Shown: positions 1 through 14,378 of the stretch, piece after piece | Numbering within the stretch: position 1 is the first letter of the stretch | Layout of the letters: every line of letters begins with the position of its first letter | NCBI GenBank assembly: GCA_951406725.2 | Contig: OX597833.1 | Span: forward strand, 72,478,001-72,542,000 | Direction of reading: 5' to 3' | DNA: 64,000 bases | Source: Octopus vulgaris | Lineage: Eukaryota | The notes under the pieces: model-generated | Seen by the model: only the letters and a program-made list of their open reading frames with translations | Databases searched by the model: none | What the model was told of the DNA's origin: nothing | Made by a program: the position numbers and the translations under genes

Positions 1-67
1 CAAGGCTCTAATTAATCTGTTAATTGTTTGCATTTGATAAATGCAATTACAGAGCTTAAACAGTTTA

Positions 68-250
<183 letters not shown>

Positions 251-894
251 TTAATGAATCCTTCTTTGTAGCGTATTTCTGTTTAATTACATTATTTTTG
301 TTCCAATTAAGTTTTAAATTAATGAAGAATTTGTGATTGGAACATATCAACATGATGGGAAGGTTTTAATTTACAGAACTTTAAAGCAGGAATCTGTGTC
401 TCATACGACTGAGGACAACTTCAGGGGGTGGTGGTGGGGGTGTTGGTATTAAAATCGTTCCAAACGAGCTCTACCGTAATTTAGGACTAAAAAGAAAGAA
501 AAAAAAAAAATGTAATCCAGCAAAAACACAAAAATAGTTGGTATCAGAAATGTCCAGGTCACTTGGTCTGTCGTTCCAACCGTTCTGAGCAATTACTTAA
601 TTAGTTATGATAAGATATTGTGGAAGCCTCTTCATCAGGCTTTCCAAACCAGACATGCCAACCCCTGTTGAGGAGGGGGTGGGGTGGTTGGGTGTCTCTT
701 CATCTTCACATCTTGTGTTGGTTGTAAATGAGCACCACTGTCATACACGCAGGGTTTGCATCCAGGCTTGCATGAAGACCATGTCTGGCCATGGAGAAAT
801 AGGTGAAGGTTGGTGACTGCAAAGGTATCCAGCCAGAAGCAATTTGGCTCAATATAATCTGCGACTCATACAAACATGGGAAAATGAGAGTTGT

Positions 895-1120
895 TAATAA
901 TAATAATCCTTTCTACTATAGGCACAAGGCCTGAAATTTGCGGAAGGGTATAGTCGATTACACTGACCCCAGTGTTTCACTGGTACATAATTTATCGACC
1001 CCGAAAGGATGAAAGGCAAAGTCGACCTGGGCGGAGTTTGAACACAGAACATAGCGGCAGACAAAATACAGCTCAGCATTTCGCCCAGCGTGCTAACGAT
1101 TCTGGCAGCAGCTCACTGCC

Positions 1121-1122
<2 letters not shown>
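895..1122 (-). mobile_element. tRNA-derived SINE with Nin/Deu-like core
   Basis: Core GCCTTTCATCCTTTCGGGGTCGATAAATTATGTACCAG and a tRNA-like head. Many related copies in the window. Confidence 0.75.
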
Positions 1123-1160
<38 letters not shown>

Positions 1161-2215
1161 TAATAATAATAATAAATAAGGAAGTATAAACTTTATTATT
1201 TCATTGAAATTATTCTTCAGAATAGAATTAAGCTGATCTGTTAATCTCACCAACAACTTTGATGATTATGGTGATTAGCGTGGTTCAACCTTTTTTAAAA
1301 CTTAATTAGAAAACTGATTTTTCTCTCTTCAAATGTGAAACGACTTTTGTAATTTCTTAGGGGAGCGGGTGTGGGGAAGAGTGAAAAGCCCCTTTTCTCT
1401 ACACGAGGGGTCAATCAACTTGCCAAAACAGCTAAATCTCTCTTGGCTTACATCCTAGCATCTTAATTGAGCCAATATGGAAGCCTCTACGAGGTCAGTT
1501 GACCTGCTAGAAATAGAAGCTGAATCTTCCTCAAATCATATACTGCCATATAGATGTTGGTATACCGACAGAAGGAATGATCGTAGCAGAAATGCTTTTG
1601 TTTGGTTGTTTAATCCATGTGAATTGACCTGGGTTGGGACAAAACAACAATATGCTTATTTAGCCCCAGGTCGAGCCTGATTGAGCATACCTCATAATCC
1701 AAGACCTTATCTTTTTTTTTCTATATTTAGGACTGCATTCTGCACTTTGTTCTTGCTTTTTAAAGATAGTAAGATGCGATTCAAGGGGATTTGGTTGGTG
1801 TTTCTAGCAGGTTGAGTGACTACCTAGAGTCTGCCTTGCTAGCTCAACCCCCCTCCCTCCCTTATATCATGTAGGTGTGGATTTGCTTATTAAAGAAAAA
1901 CAAAAATCTGTTATAAAGCCTATATCCACACAGCACACCCACACACTGCCTGCCTGCCTGCCTGACGGGTGTCGATGCCCCTGTTAAATGTACTTTAATC
2001 CATCCAACAGATGCAGGGCTGCCAGATCAGGTTCCGAAAAAAAAGTAGCCCAGATTTCTTTTGAAAAGTAGAAGATTTTGTTAGAAAGGAGTCGAAAGGG
2101 GAAAATTGGTTTTAATAAATAAATAATCCTTTCACACACAAATAATAATAAAGAGTTTGGAGACTTGGACATCTGTAAAATTTATTCTACAGTTATAGAC
2201 AGCATGTTATGCTGT

Positions 2216-2940
2216 ATCATCATCATCATCATCATCGTTTAACGTCCATTTTCCATGCTGGCATGGGTTGGACGGTTTGATGGGGTCTGGGAAGCCAGGA
2301 AGCTGCACCAGGCTCCAGTCTTGATCTGGCAGTGTTTCTACAGCTGGTTGCCCTTCCTAATGCCAACCACTGTGACAGTGTAGCGGGTGATTTTTTACAT
2401 TCCACTGGCACAGGGGCCACAGGAGTTGGCATTAACCATGATTGGATGGTGCCTTTTATGTGCCACCGGCACGGGGGTCACAACTACAATTTCCATTTGA
2501 TTTGATTTTGATATTGCTGATGTTGATGTACTTGACTCAATAAGTCTCCTCAGGCACGGTAAGTCACCCTACGATCCAAGGTACTTTTTTAAGTGGCTGG
2601 TTATGCAACACTGGTGTAGGTTACAGCTGTGATCTCACTTTCCTTGCCGGGTCTTCTCAGTCATAGCAAATCTCCAGAGGTTTCGGTCTTTTGTCATTGC
2701 CTCTGAGAGGCCCAACGTTTGAAGGTCATGCTTCACCACCTCATCCCATGTCTTCCTGGGTCTCCACTGTTTGGGAGTGGCACTTCTTCACACAGCTCTC
2801 CTCGTCCATCCACAGTACATGACCCTAGCAATGCAAACGTCTCTCTTGCACGCCACATCTGATGCTTCTTATGTCTAACACTTCTCTCACAGTGCTTACA
2901 TTCTGCCGTGTGTGCACACTGACATTTTCTTGATGTACAG
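2216..2940 (-). mobile_element. RTE-type LINE 3' fragment with (GAT)n tail
   Basis: Encodes a remnant RPRKTWDEVVKHDL, followed by the shared 3' UTR ending ...GACGTTAAACGATGATG. Confidence 0.75.
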
Positions 2941-3283
2941 GTCTCCATACTCACCATCATCATCATTATTATTATTATTATTATTAAACTCTCCAGACAA
3001 TTTTTACTGTCCAGCAAAGAGAACCTGGAATTACCCATTGGATGAATTCACAGAGTGACTAACAACTAAATGTAGTCACAAATGTTATATACTGATTGTT
3101 GTGGTTAGCCATTAACTGGAACTTAACACAGAGCCAAAACAGTATCAGCCCAGATAAAAAACCCCTCCAAAATCATTGATATATACATATATACACACAC
3201 ATGTATATATATATATACCTCGTCAGTGGATCATACATCTGAAAAAGAAGCAAACTCTAAATGCCAGAGCAGGGATGTACTTA

Positions 3284-3592
3284 GAGGAGGTTACTTATCT
3301 GGTCAGTTATAGAGTGACCAATGGTTTCGCATCCATAAAGTGCTTAGCCTTGTAGACGACTCATCTACAAGACTAAGGGGGGGGGAAGGGGTCATCGCCT
3401 TCCCCACTTAAGGCTCAGGCAGATTATCTTTGTTTACAAAATTAACTGACCATAATGGTTTTCTATCTTCTGTTTGAAGAGAGGTTCTATGTCGATGGTC
3501 ACTGGAATCTAACGAGTTGTTTACAAGGCCGAGTGCTTTATGGATGTGAAACCATTGGTCACTCTATGACTGGCCAGATAAGTAACCTCCTG
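3284..3592. mobile_element. MITE with ~78-bp imperfect terminal inverted repeats, TA-flanked (Tc1/mariner-like)
   Basis: GGAGGTTACTTATCTGG...GACTC on the left mirrors GAGTTG...CCAGATAAGTAACCTCC on the right. TA on both sides. Confidence 0.75.
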
Positions 3593-4784
3593 TAATATAT
3601 TCATACGAGTGAGTGGACAAAGGAAAGAAGGGCACTCGACCAATTGATTGGGAGTTACATGTCTGGATCAAAACATTAGTATCGGTAAAATTAGTCAAAT
3701 TAGTGTCTGTTTTTTTTTATGTCAGAGTTTCTGATTTTATTCAAGAATTCCTTCTGATTAATTCCTCAGCCCTGTTTAAGACAATAAGGATAATTTGAAG
3801 GAGATTAAGGGAGCCTCCACATCAGTGCTTCTCAAGATGGACAGTACTGCCTCTAGGGGCCAGAGTATAGTTTGAAAAAAAGAGAGTGAGAAATTGTCCT
3901 GATTTTCAAAACTATTTTTAGTTTTTTATTCTGTGTGCAAATAATCAGACGAAGTTACAAGTTGAAAGGACGTTTTTTGCCATTCTGCATCAGATGTGAA
4001 TGAACTGGATTATGATGGACAAGTAATCTTTTAATGGGGATCAACCAGTTGGCAGCAATTTCTCTTGGAGCATTGAAATAGGGGTTAGAAAAAGAAAAGA
4101 GAGCAATGCACATAAGCTCTCCCTTGTTCAGTCTTCTTTCATCATCATCATCATCATCATCATATATATATATATATATATTAGTTGCTAGCCAAGTTAA
4201 ATGTGCTGGCTTCTTCTGTATAGAGATTTGCACTAAACCAGCCAAGCATGACCCTCAATGAAATCCCCAACACATTTTTAAAATAGAAAGCACAGGTTTT
4301 AAGCCTTAAGCATCTTGGAGTGGTTGCCAATGCCGGTCTGCATCTGATTAAAAGGTAGCTCTCAGTATTTTCTTGTTGTTAAGAGGGTTCCAAACTCTCT
4401 TCTTCACCCTGGAGCCATTCATTAATGAATTTAGTTAATGAGAAGAAGAATCAGGAGACCAATGTGCAGGGGAGCCAGGTATTCAAGGCCCTTGTCTGTA
4501 GCAGAACCCTGGTGAGGTAACTGGGGAGTCTGTTCAGACGCAGAGGGACGCCCGTGGTCTGCCTCCGTTTGTCTTCATCTTTTCCTTCAGCAATGACAGC
4601 CGGGGTCACCACCCTGACATGGGGTAGTTTCAGTACAGCTGGGCTCCCTCACCCTTTTAAACAGGGACCAGTTTAGCTGCAGGCAACCTGGTCAGTGCAG
4701 TTCCATACCAAATATCTCAGGTGTTTGTAGATCTGTTTTATGTGCGAAATGCAATTAGAAAACCACTCCTGCCAACAAAGAAAA

Positions 4785-5005
4785 CTCTGTAGTGACACGA
4801 CCTGCTAGAAGTAGCAGTGAAATCTCCCTGAAACCACACTCTGTAAGCTTTAAGAAATAAAGAATATATTGAATAATGGAGTTCCAGATACACTATGTCT
4901 GCCAAAAAAAAAAAAAGAAAAAAAAAGGTAAACATAAAACAGGATAGTCATGGTTGGAAGGCCTTTAATTGTAACTCTGCTAGATCAGGACTGCTGCTAT
5001 TGTTT
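4785..5005 (+). repeat. Representative of a very abundant ~200-bp interspersed repeat (GACCTGCTAGAAATAGCAGCCAAATCTCCC...)
   Basis: Related copies in both orientations near 1480, 1660, 10230, 20830, 21040, 23950, 36400, 36890, 38945, 40780, 40930, 45840, 54910, 56470 and others. Confidence 0.75.
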
Positions 5006-5184
5006 TAGACTCCCTCAACAGAAGTGGTCAAGATAATAATGACTTTGATTGCAAAATCCTTAATAATTAATTATATTTCAAATGAGAGATGGAACAACAT
5101 TAAAGGCAAAAGTGAAATCCTCCACACCCTCACACCTCTATCAATTAAGGCCCTCAAACGAAGAAATTAATTGCATGTGCTTAC

Positions 5185-5291
5185 CTTTTAAATCCGCAAC
5201 ATTTATATTCAAGGCTTTCAGGTTTTCAACAGCTTTGGACAAACATGTAATAACAGACTGCAGGATTTCATTGGGATTCTGCTCCACCCAG
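5185..5291 (-). CDS. GK: Glycerol kinase coding exon 3 (WVEQNPNEILQSVITCLSKAVENLKALNINVADLK)
   Basis: Acceptor ttcttgcag, donor G|gtaagc, 107 nt. GWVEQxP motif; phases join exons 2 and 4. Confidence 0.95.
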
Positions 5292-5634
5292 CTGCAAGAA
5301 GAGGGAGAGCAACGGGTTAGGGGGGAGGAAGTGCTACGTTCAGGTATGTGCATGCATGCATGCGTGTGTGTGTGTGCGTGCACACGGAAGGTAAAAAGAG
5401 AGTAATGTAAAAGTTGTGAAATAGGATTAAAAAGTATATTTTATAAGGGGGCAAATATTGTCTGATATGGAACTCAATACATTGGGTTGAGTGCCCAGAT
5501 TTAAGTTTATTGTATCACACTCCTGAGTTTTGCCCCAGGATGGGGATTTTATGACAGCTGTGAATAACACAACCTGAGCTGAAACTCATGTCGACTTTTG
5601 ATATAATACAGGATAACAGAGGGATTGGGGGGCA

Positions 5635-6480
5635 GTTCTGGTGGTCAGTTAAGAAAAGTTGGTGTTGAGGAATGGTTTGTAAGAGTTATGTACAGAGATG
5701 CCATCAATTCAGGAATTTGAGGTGCAAGTAGAGCCCATCACGGCTTCGTTCTCAGTTCCCTCTTCTGAATCACAGTTCTCTGGGACAAAGCAGAAGAGTT
5801 TAAGCCTGGTTGTCTGTGGGAGCTGTGTGTTCTAGACTTGGTTCTCACAGGTGAATCAGTCAAAGAATTTCCTTGAGTGGAAGCAAAACCTAAAACTGAA
5901 GGGGTTTCAAAGTAAAAAAAGGAAATCTGGGCAAAGACAAAGGTTTAGTTTGCAAGGTGGAGGACGGGCCCCTGGGTATGAGCTATTGTAGATATACAGA
6001 AAAGGAGCAGGGAGAAATTCTGTTTGGTGTACACCCAATGCCAGCACAAAAGACTGAGTTTGCTGGTCACAAATGCACAAAGGCAGGTTTAGCAGTAAAA
6101 GAACCCATGAATTGCTTTCAAATGGTTACAAGGATCCCCTCATAGTCGAAAGCTTTTAATACCTTGGTAACCAAATAAGTAGTGGAGGCAGGCATTCCGA
6201 AAGCATAGCAGGGAATTCAGGGAGTCGTTAGCAGCACCAGTGATGCACAGCTCCCAACATGACGACAATCGACAGGGCCATTTCAGCCTCACCGTTTCAT
6301 ATGGGGTCAGAGACACCCCACCCTCTGCTGGACGAGACATTATTGTAGGTGGACAGTGGAAAAGATTTGTGGCAACAGAAGTCGAAAGAAGAGAGGAGGA
6401 GTTAGGGTTAGATCCCAAGACTGAAGAGGTTGGATGTAGGGCAGCTCACAAGAGACACCTGAGGGCCTGATAACAGATTA
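5635..6480 (+). mobile_element. Decayed RTE-type LINE reverse transcriptase fragment
   Basis: Frameshifted remnants such as LRKVGVEEWFVRV, MYRDA, EFEVQV, GFVLS, GCLWEL. Confidence 0.65.
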
Positions 6481-7254
6481 GAGACAGAGGCATTCAAGAT
6501 GATAACAAGCAGTGTGTGTGTGTGTGAGTGTGTGCTCATATATAGACACCAGTAACTGTTTTGAGAGGTGGGTCAAGGTGAGAGAGTCTCTAAATATTTA
6601 CTCAATCATGGCTGACTGGCAGCTAAACCAACAACATTTACTCTGAACGAACAACCTCCAACATAGTAAATGAAGAAAGAGAAGGACAGATTGGACAGAA
6701 TGGTCTGAAAAGAGAGGAACCACAACTGGAAGGTCTTTGATCATAGGCCAGCTCAAGCAAGGACGACCTCTGGTTAAACAACCACAAACTTTCTCAATCC
6801 AAAAGGCCCTAAACACATCTACAACACTTCAGACCACCACCACACTTTCCTTTACACACACAATAACATAATTAGACCTCAAACTGGATTGTGCACCAGG
6901 AGACATGTACTCCGAGTTCATTTTATCCATTTCTGTTTAGCCTGTCATAAACAACCACCAAATGTCATTTCCCTAGAATGAAACCCTAATGAATTAAAAG
7001 GGAAAGAAAAGTAGGACACATTGGACAGTGTAGTCCTAGATATACATAATGACATTTATGGCCACAGTTGCAGTATCTTTGATTATATGTCATATATGGG
7101 TGGTGGTTTTTTGGAGTTGACCTAGGGCTAAATAATCACCACTTAACATAACATGTTGCAGATTACTCAACCAGAACTGGCCAACAACAACGGTCAAAGA
7201 TAAAATCAATCACAATTGATCAGCAGGAACAACAGCAACATGCAATATTAATGG

Positions 7255-7289
<35 letters not shown>

Positions 7290-8534
7290 ATAGATGCATA
7301 ATTAGGCAGATCGGTGCAGAATTAGCTGAGGATTATTGTTCAGGTTGTTGCAGTTCTGCTTGCACCCCATGGAATTTATTATCCGTTGGGCAGATATCAG
7401 CTGACTATCACATATGACGAGTGTGTGTTCACACCTGCCCACCTATTTAAGGTAAAATGCTAATTAGATTCTTCATTGGTTCCCACAAGACACATTTCTC
7501 TTGGCCAATCAAGCAAATATTCATTAAATTATAAGAGTCTGTTAAATTCCCCCGGCCATGTCTACCTTGAACGTAATCCTTAGCGCAATGACAAAGCTGG
7601 CTCTTTGAATTACAGGTATAATCTTTCAGACAGGCTTCCTCACAGTTTCCACTGACCTGATTTCACTCGCAAGGCTTGACCTATTAAAAGTCTGGGATCC
7701 ATGAAGACACATGGCAGGAGGTGCGGGGGGGTTAAAGCTTGGAACCTCGTAATTGCTAATTACTCAACCACTCAGATATGGGGATAGACATAAACACACA
7801 CACAAAGTGTGTGTGTATCATATGTCGGTGTGTGTGTGTGTGTGAGGGGGTGGTAGGGGGTAGGCCTAAGTTTGTGGTCAACAATTTTGCTTTGCAACCA
7901 CACAGTCTCAGGTTCAGTCCCACTTTATGGCACTTTGGGGCCAAGAGCCTTCTACTATAGCTGGAATGTTCCAGTCAGCCTGTGGCCACACTGGGGCACC
8001 ACATGGAAGGGTTTAGTGGAACAAATTAACCCCAGTAGTTACTTTTTTTTTTTTTAATCTGGTACCTATTCTATTGGCCTTTCTAAGTTTTGGGGACATA
8101 ACCCAACACAAGTGGTAGTGTTTCTGTCTACCAAATTCCCTCACCAGGCATTTGCTGACCTGGGGCTAAAGTAGACAAGGACACTTGTCCAAGGCACACT
8201 GGGACTCGACATGGTTGCCAATGGGGTTTGTTAACCACACGGCCGTTTCTGTGGGTGGATGTGGAGCCTCTGCTTTGTCGGTTTCAAACCGTCCAACCCA
8301 TGCAAACATGGAAAAGAGGATATCAAATGATGGGTGTGTGCGTCACTGCATGACAAACGCTGTTGGTTTGCTTATGTCCCTGCATCTTCGCAGTTCACCA
8401 CAAAGAGAGGAATATAATTAGTGGCAGACTTGAAAAGCTAAGCTTTGGAGTCGATTCGATCGACCAAAACACCCTATCGCAACTGATGCTCCCCCCACAA
8501 CTACACCCCCAACAACTGAAACCACACACACATT

Positions 8535-8542
8535 AAATATAC

Positions 8543-8582
<40 letters not shown>

Positions 8583-9233
8583 ATACATACATATATACAT
8601 ACATACATATATACATACATATATACATACATATATATATATACATACATATATACATACATATATATATATACATACATATATACATACATATATATAT
8701 ATACATACATATATACATATACATACATATATACATACATATATATATATACATACATATATACATACATATATACATACATATATACATACATATATAC
8801 ATACATATATATATATATACATACATATATACATACATACATATATATATACATACATATATATATATACATACATATATACATACATACATATATACAT
8901 ACATACATATATATATATACATACATACATACATACATATATATATATATATACATACATATATACATACATACATATATATATATATACATACATACAT
9001 ATATATATATATACATACATACATATATATACATACATACATATATATATATATACATACATACATATATATATATATACATACATACATATATATATAT
9101 ATATACATACATATATATATATATACATACATACATATATATATATATACATACATACATATATATATATATACATACATACATATATATATATATACAT
9201 ACATACATATATATATACATACATATATACATA

Positions 9234-9269
<36 letters not shown>

Positions 9270-9273
9270 CATA

Positions 9274-9309
<36 letters not shown>

Positions 9310-9716
9310 CATATATACATATACATACATATATATATATATACATACATATATACATACATACATATATACATACATACATATATATATATACATACAT
9401 ATATACATATATATATATACATACATATATATATATATATATACATATATACATATATACATATACATATATACATATATATATATACATACATATATAC
9501 ATATATACATATACATACATATATATATATACATACATACATATATACATACATACATATATATATATATACATATACATACATACATATATACATACAT
9601 ACATATATATATATATACATATACATACATACATATATACATACATACATATATATATATACATATACATACATATATATATATACATACATACATATAT
9701 ATACACACACACACAT
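8535..9716. repeat. ~1.2 kb compound (TA)n/(TACA)n microsatellite
   Basis: Seen directly. It produces the spurious Tyr/Ile/Cys/Met/Val ORFs in the track. Confidence 0.97.
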
Positions 9717-11138
9717 ATGCATTATTTATTACTAGAATGTCGTCGTCAGAGAGTTGGGTGTTTCTGACAAAGCACAACAAACCTGTGTTGGTTCCTTCCT
9801 CTCCTAGCCTCCCCCTCCCCCTTTCCCGTTCTCTCGAATACAGACACACATCATGCGTCTGTGCGTCCATGTGGCTATATGTGTTGCCTCACATGCATCA
9901 TACACACATGCACATGTGCCTATAGACATAAGTTATATGCCTATATAAGGAAATCAATCCATGCACACACACACACATATATACACATACACACATATAT
10001 ATATATATATATACACATACACACACACATATATATATACACGCACACACCCACACACACTACAGGCTGATAAATTTATTGATTTATTGATCCGGTTGAG
10101 GCCAGCCTTGCTGTACTGCTACTCCACAACACTAAGAGTGGAGTAAGAACTCAACTGAGTGTTCACTTCACTCTAATACTCTTCCACTCAATCTCAACAC
10201 CGAACTGAGAAGAGCTCGAAACGATTGATTCACCTGCTAGAAATAGCAGCTAAATTACCTTAAATCATGTTCAGAACATCTTTAAAAAACAAGAGTACAT
10301 TAGCTAATATATTAAAGAACAGTATAGGATAGGGTGGTCATGGCTGGAATGCTTCTGGTTACAGGTCTGCTCAATAGGATTGACCTGGGGTCAAATAACC
10401 CCCACCACCACTACTAGGCTGCTTGGATCCGTGGATTAGGGATGAGGGGTGGGTGGAGTAATAGAACACAGAAAATATGTGAATATCTCTCTCTCTCACA
10501 CAATTTTTATTAAATCTTATCAGAAGACAAAATGGTGAACTGGCAGAATTGCCCTTTTTTGCATTTCTTGTTCTTTACATTCTAAGTTCAATTCCCAGCA
10601 GGATTGCCTTTTATTCGTGAGGTCAATAAAACAAAAGTACCAGTCATATACTGGGATCAAACAGATTTCACCCCTCAAGTGTTGGTCTTGTGCCTAAATC
10701 AGAAAAACCAAGAAACCCTTTATCTCATGGGACCCCAGATTCTTTCAAGTAATACAGGGCTTCCTCACAACGCACACTGAAAAATATTGGCTTAAGAGAC
10801 CAAAGCTGAAGGCAGTGCCCCAACATGGCCACATTCCAAAGTAAAAAAAAAAAAATCAATAAATAAATTTTAAACAAATAAAAATTAATATATCTAATTC
10901 ATTGACCCCCACCTCCTAATCTGCCAAATTGAACTTAAAACTCAATCTTGTCAAGTTATTTTGATCCGCCCAATTTAGATAATTCCCCCCCACCCAGCAC
11001 TTCCCCACTGAAACTAAAAATATTAAATAGTTGAACAGATTAAAAGATAATGTAATCTAAAGTTTCTTACATAACATGGCAACGAACTTACGGGAAGTGT
11101 TACCTTAGACTTTATAACTCACATCTAGGACACCTGTA

Positions 11139-11167
<29 letters not shown>

Positions 11168-11169
<2 letters not shown>

Positions 11170-11421
11170 CATCGTTTAACGTCCGCTTTCCATGCTAGCA
11201 TGGGTTGGACGGTTCAACTGGGGTCTGGGGAGCCCGAAGGCTGCACCAGGCCAGTCAGATCTGGCAGTGTTTCTACAGATGGATGCCCTTCCTAACGCCA
11301 ACCACCCCGTGAGTGTAGTGGGTGCTTTTTATGTGCCACCGGCACAGGTGCCAGACGAGGCTGGCGAACAGCCACGCTCGGATGGTGTTTTTTATGTGCC
11401 ACCGACACAGGTGCCAGACGA
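11168..11421 (-). mobile_element. RTE-family 3' UTR fragment
   Basis: Nearly identical to 59007-59240; (GAT)n end. Confidence 0.7.
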
Positions 11422-13277
11422 CTATATATATATATACACACACACACTCTCAGACACACACACAATATGGTAGTCAGGGCCAGAACAGATGCCATGAAAC
11501 ATTTTGTTCAATGCTCTAATGATTTGGTCTATCTACTGCCTCTTTAATAATATGCCTACAGAAAAAGACACACACACATAGTAACTTTCAGGAATAAAAA
11601 TCAGTCTGACAGGAGTTGTTCCTCTGAAGATTTCTGCTGCTCTTCACTTGCCCTGCAGTGAACTTCCACTCATCGTGTGTGTGTGTTTCCACAAACACTT
11701 CTTTGATTTAGTGCCATTAAAGACGTGTGGGAATAAGAGATCCCTTGTTTGAAAAAACAAGTAATGGTTAACAACAAGAAGGGGGCATCCAGCTGTAAAA
11801 CAGGGCCTCAACATATTCCTGCAATCCATGGAAGAATGGAAAAATGGGTGGAAAAAAAGAAATATAAAAGAAAATAATGAGCACAGCACATTACGACACC
11901 CACCCACCCAAGGAAAATGTCCCATTTAATATAATGGACTGCTTTGATCTCATATTTCAGTTGGTTACATAAAAAAAGAATTCAAGTTATTTTTACTGAA
12001 ATTGTCAATAAAAAAAAAGAAAAGAAAGCCGTCACATTGCATTTGGTGGCCACGAAATAGAAGAGAAAGAAAGAAAGAAAGGAATGGCAAGTGAAAAGAA
12101 AAGGTTTTATTTTATTTTTTTTATTTGGCTGAACTGATTAAGGCAAAAGTACAAAGTACAGAAGAATGTTTTGGAAGAGAATAAAAGAGGGAGAAGTAAA
12201 ATGTTTCATAAAAACTGTTTTGTTGATTCAGTTCAGAAATTCTTAGAGGGAACTGAGATGCTGTGGAGTTCATGCCTTTCCCCATAAAATAAACAGATTT
12301 GTTGTCAGTTTAATCTACTTCTGGTTATTTCTCCATGAAAATTACGATGAGACCCACGAGCCAATGGAGGAGCATGCATCTAGACACTCACGTGGTTTGA
12401 AATAGTAGCCAAATTGCCCTCAAATAGCACTCTACTGTCTTAAAAACAGGAAATGCTATATAGAGAATAATGTAGTCTTAAATACACTTATTTCTAGTTA
12501 ACTCTTATTGCCAGCAGATCAATACCAATATATAAAGGGTTGGGGTATCACCCTTCCTCGTCCCCACGAAGCAACAGGCTGGACAAATGGGGACATAACC
12601 ATTTCTAATGACCCTGATTTTCGGTCAACGTTTCTGTGACTCGCAGAACTGCAAGATAAGAAGAGGAGGAGATGAAGGGGACCCTGCAGCTATAAGCCTT
12701 TGTTGATCTCTTAATCCAGCTACCCTGGATTTAGGGTCAGCAGGTGCAAAAACCACAGAGAAGAGGAAGAGAACTGCAACGTGGTTAAAGTTGTTGATTG
12801 GAGAGAAGAGGACTACACGCTGACCCCAAACTGGGAGAACCCATCCAACCATGGACATCATGCAAAGTTAACATAAAATAATGAATATGATTATATATAA
12901 CCATCATTGTCCATTTTTGCAGGGGTCAAGCAGATCCCCTTCCTGGCACCAATCCTTACCCATTTCCAAGCCAGGGGTTATTTCCTCACAACCAGACAAG
13001 GTGTTTTATTTTTTTTTAAGATTGGAAACAAAAGGGATCCCTTTTAAGTCAGGTTATATCAAGATAAGGAGACAGACAGACAGACACACACTCACACACA
13101 TAACAGCATCATCCAGTTTCCATCCACCGAACCCATTCAAAAGACTTTAATCAGCCTGGGACTTTAGGTAAAAGACCAAGGTGCCACAATGGGGGGACAG
13201 AATCTGGAACCAACACCAGAGTTTATGAAGCATTAAATGGACATTAAAACCTGTTTGTTCATGAGTATATATGTGTA

Positions 13278-13330
<53 letters not shown>

Positions 13331-13774
13331 GTGTGCAGACAAATATTAGATATAAAATAAGTGGAAAAGACGAAAGGAAGAGAAAGCCAATGAAAGCCAA
13401 AAAGTATGAAGATGAAGGGAGACAGAACCTGTTTGTAAAGAACAAGTTATGTGGCTGGGATGTTGTTTTGGTTGGAAGCCCAGAGCAGAGTGATTAAATA
13501 TTTATTGGGAAAGTGAATCGGTTCAATCAGTGAATGTTGTTGTGGATTTGGTTTAACCATTTGCTTGCAGAGATTTTGGCTTTTTTTAGACATGAAATAA
13601 CATTTTGGGTTTTAACATAAAAGGAATCACAAAAATATTTGAAAGAAGGCTGAAGTGGAAACTTCTTGAAGAAGGGCGATGGACTGGAACCCTTCTTCTT
13701 TAAGTGCTTAATTAATACAATAATTGATGAACCTTGTTGTTTGCTTTCTTTTTGTCCATTGCCTTCACAACATA

Positions 13775-14330
13775 CATCATCATCATCATCATTTAATGTC
13801 TGCTTTCCATGCTGGTATGGGTTGGATGGTTTGACTGAGGACTGGCAAGCCATTGGCTGCACCAAGCTCCAATCTGATTTGGCAAGATTTCTACAGCTGG
13901 ATGCCCTTCATAACACCAACCACTCTGCAAGTGTAGTGGGTGGTTTTTACATGCTACTGGCACAGGGGCCAGTCAGGCTTTTTACATTCCACTGGCATGA
14001 GAACTAGTCAGGCGGCACTGGCGATGACCACGCTCAAACGGTGCTTTTTACATGCCACTGGCACAGGTGCCAGTCAGGTGGTACTGGCACTGGCCATGAT
14101 AATGATTTCAGTTGACTCAACAGGTCTTCTCAAGCACAGTTTATTGCCCAATGATTGAAGGGTACTTTTAAACAGGCCAGTTATGTGACACTAGCATAGG
14201 CCACGGTTACGGCCTCACTTGGTTTGCCGGGTCTTCACAAGAGCAGCATACCTCCAAAGGTCTTGGTCACTTGTTGTCACCTCCATGAGGCCCAACGTTT
14301 GAAGGTTGAGCTTCACCACCTCATCTCAGG
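13775..14330 (-). mobile_element. RTE-type LINE 3' fragment
   Basis: Same 3' UTR and ORF-end remnant (DEVVKLNL) as 2216-2940. Confidence 0.7.
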
Positions 14331-14331
14331 T

Positions 14332-14378
<47 letters not shown>

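Noticed and set aside
8418-9870. Three 400+ aa ORFs rich in Y/I/C/M/V
   Set aside because: They are translations of a stop-free (TA)/(TACA) microsatellite, not genes.
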